Positions 58,565 through 64,000 of a stretch of DNA of 64,000 nucleotides are shown in pieces. The notes beneath the pieces were generated by a model, which saw only the letters and a program-made list of their open reading frames with translations, was not told the origin of the DNA and searched no databases. Positions within the stretch are counted from its first letter, which is position 1; each line of letters starts with the position of its first letter. The DNA is from Balanoglossus misakiensis (lineage: Eukaryota; Animalia; Hemichordata), in assembly GCA_040954595.2 (NCBI GenBank), contig CM082581.2, forward strand, positions 9,651,878 through 9,715,877, given 5' to 3'. A program made the translations under genes and the position numbers.

Positions 58565-59544
58565 GGAAGCATATCGAGAGATTGCTGGTACAACGTCCGA
58601 GCCAATTCTCTCAGTGCCAACGCCAGGCTGCACTGGACAATGTGAATTAACCACTCGAGTACTTGGTCATTGAGTTCGAACATTTAAAGATAACGACAGC
58701 TATTAATCACGAATGGCACTTGTAGTATTTTCAATTAACGACACCAAGTTTCGGGACCCCCTTCATTCCAGCGCCGCCGATCAGATCATTCCAACACGAG
58801 ACACCATTGCTCTATTCTGTAATTAGTTTAGAACCCATTAGTACGCAAATTTAACTCACAACTTGAATTAACGAAAAAAACTAGTCGAGCGTGATTACCA
58901 AATTCCCGACCAAAGAGTTCCCTGGGGGAAATCGCTTTTAAATTATCATTTAAAACGACCATCTTTTTACCGTCAAAAGATGAGAATTTTTTTTCAACAA
59001 GTGGCTTATTTCGAACAAAATTTGGAAGACCAAGATGCGATAAACTTTCCCGGCGTTCGTCATTCCAAAGCCGAGGAGCACCCGAACAGGGTCCGAAGCG
59101 GTTCGCCAGCCAACCACCGTGCAGATTCACCACGAAACAAAAGGGACATGCCACAAATTATTCCAAGGGAGGGGCACCTCACTGCCGTAAAAATAAGACG
59201 CATTTTATAATTGCGCAGATGAATACAGAGAAAACGCTATTTTTAAAAAAAAGATTATTTATTTGTATTATATTTGTACTTTACAAAGTCGCGTTTTTAA
59301 GACGACTTTCCACGACATTTCGTCGATTAACGATTGAAATGCATCGTTATAGTAATTATTCCTTATTAATTTATTGTGGTTCGATATATATTATTGTGGT
59401 CCAAGATATTTATTATTGCTGTGACTCTATTAAGCCGTCTATTTATTACTTTTTGTCGTTTCACTGTACATTTTAACTTTTCATCTGTCACTGGATGGCG
59501 GGTGTCTAATGTGGTTCATATTTCTTTTGCCTTCGACAAAAAGC

Positions 59545-59550
59545 AATAAA
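59545..59550 (+). terminator. Likely FGF poly(A) signal
   Basis: AATAAA follows an AU-rich tract with several ATTTA pentamers (59255-59450). Confidence 0.5.
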
Positions 59551-62500
59551 ATTGTCGAATTACTATAAATGAGATGGACCCGTTGTCTCCTTTTCCCCCG
59601 ATTGCCATAACCTGCAATTGCCCTACACCGACACAGTCAAAAGAACGTCCAGAGAAAATCGATTAACACTACAATGGAAAAAGAGATAAATGGCAGAGCA
59701 ACTTTCACTATATTTTGATGAACTTATATCATTCTATATCTCTCTTATGCTTAGTCTCTCAAAACATCTCTCAACATGTTGCCATTTTATTCATCGCTGC
59801 CTCACACACAATATATTTGTCAACCATACAATTGGAGACTATTTGGGACTCCTCTGCTATGCACACCGCCCATGGTAACGTCGATTCTTTGTCAATTTGT
59901 CATCGGGGGTTCCTGCGCCGCTCCCTCGCGGCTAAACACACCAAACGCTTGGCCAAACCCAGTCAATTCACCGTTACCTGTGTATACATGGCCCGAAATA
60001 TGTACTTCGGAACAAACTTCGCGTGTACCGTGTAAACAAAGCTAGGCCTAGACCCTGCCCTAAAATACAATAGAATGTCCCCTGCCACATACCGCGAAAA
60101 GTAGGCCGTGATGATCACATCCCTGCGGGTGAGCAACCCGCTGGTAGAGAATGACGCCATGCAGTACGTGGCATCCTTGAAATAAAATTACCGTTCCTCT
60201 GTCGAACCTAGTTGTTGAATTCGCAAAGAAAAGGTGAGACACTACAACATGGGGACACTCTTGCGAGACCACACCTGGTCTGGCGGACAATATCCAAATA
60301 GTCAAGGAGAAAGCCTCGGACCAGAGGCAAAAACCACACATTTATTTCTGCGATTTCCAATAGCGTCGACAAGACACGCTAATAGACTTCCCATTGTGTT
60401 GGTAGCACAGAACAAACCGATGTAGACGTAGAGTATTCTGTAGTATGCATTCAACTCGACAAAAAAACCTGGCAGCTTACAAGTTATAGGTGTCACCACT
60501 CTCATCATGATGTATAAATATTTTAGTGAGAGTAAGAGTTGTTGCGACAATAAGTGTCTTCAATTTATTTGCAGAATACTTTGACACCCGTCTTTTATCC
60601 CCACGTGTTTGATCTCACCAAAGGGCCAGTGCTTATGACAGCATATTTAACATTCGTTAATTTCACTTGCTTCACATCCTGTCCCAAGGGCCAATTGCTC
60701 AGGCCTGTTTCACTCTACTTATGTGGAAAAATCATTATTATCAGCGACTTTGTCACCTGCTGTCACTCTATATGCATTCCCAATGGCGAATCAGTGGAGA
60801 ATGGCAATTGACTGCGGCAGATGATAGACGCTGGCTAACCAGAGTCGTGTCTCAGCCCCCCGGGGGTTTGGGAACTATAGGTGATGTTTGGAATAAATTC
60901 CACATTTATTTAAACACGCAGCTTGGCTAAGAAAACGTTTGGTTAAAATGTTGATTATTTCAACAAGTTTCAATCCATTTGATTTCTTCTCTTGGAGCAG
61001 CTCAGTAAACTATAGTAAGAGTATACACATCACCGACAAAAAGAGCAGGCGATTTCGTCAATGCGCACACGGAGAACATCACCATGCGCTCTCGTTTGTG
61101 TCAGTCATGGATCGCACGCACGCGCACGCACGTTTCCATGCGATGTTTCAGATGCTGGAGACGCATCCTTATAACGGAGGGCACTCTAACTTTCCATTTT
61201 CCAACAGACGCCCAAATTGACTGAAAATGTCAAATCGCTCAAATCGGGGCGATTATGCCCACTCCTACTCTTGAACACAGCATCTGGAGGTGTGATGCGA
61301 TATCGTCTTGCTAACGAACTCCCATAAAATACAGAATTGAAAACGTGATACAAATAATGTTGTCACGTTGCCAAGCATTTTTTGTGTCGATGGACTAGCG
61401 AATGGAAAGGTGTTATTAACGATTAGACCGCGATGGGGTAACATGCAATTCGTCACCATGGAAACCATTTTCTTCAAACGCAATCTTCTTTACAATGTCG
61501 GCGGGACATCCTAGTGAAGAATGCACTAAACCGCATCAGTCGGACTTAACACGTCATGTGGTATATGGGTCATCACAGGTCACTGTCATGGTAACTGCGT
61601 CTACAAATGCTCTTAGCGGAGGAGTCTCACTGTCGTATTGCGGAGGGTCATCTGAGTTCATCCGCGGATCCAAAGAACATCTCCAAGACGTGATATACGA
61701 AAGAAGACATCTTAAAGAATCAATAAACTGACGCTACACTGATATAGTGGAGAGTACGTAAAGCGTCATTTGTTTTACAAAGTCTAGATAATTTTTGACC
61801 AATATTCGCAATTTCACGTGTCTTTTACACCATACAAAAATGCCAAAAATTGAGTTTTTATTGAAGGGACTTCCACTACATTTGATAGTACGCCGCAGGA
61901 AGAATACCCAAGGTCATCACTATGGCAACTAATTCTGTTCCGCTCTACGGTAAATTATCTGTAATGTGAAGGGGTCACTTAAGGTCATCACGGAAACTGA
62001 TTTTGTGCAATACGTGTTTCTCAGAGCGCCACAGCTTTCTTTTAAAGTCTATTCTTGACACACAAAGTTAGAGTCACGTTGCATAATGACCAGAAATAAT
62101 TGTCATGGAAATTATACACCTGGCACTGGTCTGTTCTGTACGTCTAGACATTTCGGTTGAACTGGACCGAGTAGTGAACCCAGATACAGGGTTGTAAACG
62201 TGCTTGCTTGCAGCAAAAAAAAAACCTTAAACGTGGTCAGTTTGCCCGATCTAAAAAGACGGGCGTCTTGTCTACTTATATCACGATGAGAAGGTTCGAG
62301 TATTGTCAAGAATATCCTGTGACCGAACATGATTTTTAATCAAATGTCAGTGAAAATGACGGCAACTCTCAGACACGCACTGTCATCACGTGAAGTGAAG
62401 TGGGGGTCATCTGAGGTCACCGATGTATTGGCCTTGATATTTAAGCGAGTGTCTTGAATTTGAATCAACCGACGTTACAACTGATTTGATTGGCTCGTTA

Positions 62501-64000
62501 TTATCATGTAACCAGAGTTTCTCAGACTAAAGATAAAGATTTTGGTGGAAGATATGATGGGTTATTATATTACATGAGATTAAATTGGATTAGACTGATT
62601 TGGTCTAGTTTTGGTTTGGTTTGGATTAGATTAACATTCAGTTTGCACAATGCTGATGCGATCCCGAAGAAGCGTGCGATGCAGAAAAAAAAACCGTGTG
62701 CCTATCACCGCACCTCTTTATACATCTCTAATAGGGTATTCGGGATGGTCAAGAATTCAACAAAGGTGGCATATTTCTTTAAACTGTTCACTGCAATATG
62801 CGCGTGTGGCAGGGATCTTACAATACACAGGACGTTGGCATTTCCACTCATGTCAAAAAAGCCAAGCGACATACAACTAGAGAAAATCAATTTACATCTC
62901 TACTCGCGTATATGACTCATCAAGCTTTAACAGACAAACTTGGTATAATGGACGAGAAGCTGATCACTTTCACGGAGAATAAAGTGGCGTATTACCTGTA
63001 TCATGAAATAATGAATACGTTTACACACAGTCACATGCCTCTGACACGCCAATGTCGGCAAAGTGAAAAAAAGTCGATTTTATTCTTTCCGAGGAGTGAC
63101 GTGGTGTGGCGTTTGTACTGTTAATTAACCGTGCCATTTTCGAGTTTTCCTTCTTTTGCGATGGAGTTTTGTAATAAATGATTACTTATTTTTCTTTGTT
63201 GATCATTCTGAGAATAAAATACGCGGAGAGCTACGCTAACGGTATATGTACGGTTGCTTCTGTCTGTCTCTGTCTGCCTGCACGTATATGTGTCCGTTTA
63301 CCCATGCCTGCCCGCTCACAGGGTTGGAGAGATTTCAACTTGCACACAAACCGTCAGAATCGAAGATAAAAATCACTGCCTTTTGGTGCACTTTACTGAT
63401 CACAGAAATACTGATAAAGTGTTCATAAATATGCAATTGGCATCCTCAGGCGACTATACAACTGCCTCATCCCTTCATGCTGAATGTGTCTCTCTCCACC
63501 GACTGACCTCTACTGCATCCGTTTCCACGAGCGCTTGCCTAATTGATCCCAAGGACGACACATGAAACCAGGAAATAGTCGGGATTCTAAGTGTAACTTC
63601 ATAAAAAGCAAATTCAAGTTAACGAGTTCCGACATGCGCGTCGGACGGTGTGTAGATAATCGAAGCAAGACGCGTCGGCGTCCTCATCATGTCCCATCAG
63701 GAATCCCTATACAGTTTTCTTGAAAAGCGCGTAACTCGGTTATCGGAGTTATAACAGCGGGTCAAAAGCGGTCATTTTTTTCTTTCTCTCTCTCAGACGA
63801 ATGCGCGTGTGTGGAAGATGAGAGAGAAGAATTTATATGGATTTTGTCTTTTCATTATCTAACTTATCGTTCAGATTGAAATTTCTTTTCGTAAGGCCCT
63901 TCAGAACAAAACGATGACAGACACCGACGGATTGGCTGGCACCTCCTGTAGAGGTGGCGGTCTGTCACAGTATGGGAAGCGGAAGATCCCAATTGGTCAA

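Noticed and set aside
58495-58683. Poly-Cys ORF on the minus strand
   Set aside because: It is the antisense reading of the CAA repeat in the FGF 3' UTR.
59690-63565. Short ORFs and a lone C-box-like GTGATGA (~60108) downstream of the FGF
   Set aside because: No recognisable protein motifs, and no D box at a suitable distance.

Overview
Eukaryotic, intron-rich, AT-rich genomic DNA. Gene content and exon structures suggest an invertebrate deuterostome such as a hemichordate or echinoderm (inference only). I assembled the gene models by hand from GT-AG boundaries and reading phase. Order: 3' part of ZFYVE28/Lst2 (+), TTF2 (-), SFI1 (+, head-to-head with TTF2), a divergent BAP31/BAP29-like gene (-), Abraxas/FAM175 (-), two tandem single-domain hexokinases (+), an intron-containing tRNA-Arg(CCT) (-), SNRNP27 (-), then a CpG-rich non-coding landscape around a 3-exon secreted FGF (+). 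No prokaryotic system, CRISPR array or autonomous transposon is visible, and I cannot support a wholly new biological system. The strongest oddities are: a 33-nt hairpin intron in tRNA-Arg(CCT); a U12-type intron plus a second U12-like donor in SFI1; a symmetric microexon and poison-donor cassette in the SNRNP27 RS domain; an FGF with altered receptor-contact residues and a loop insertion; a tandem hexokinase pair; a BAP31-like protein with no KKxx tail; and small MITE-like palindromic repeats.
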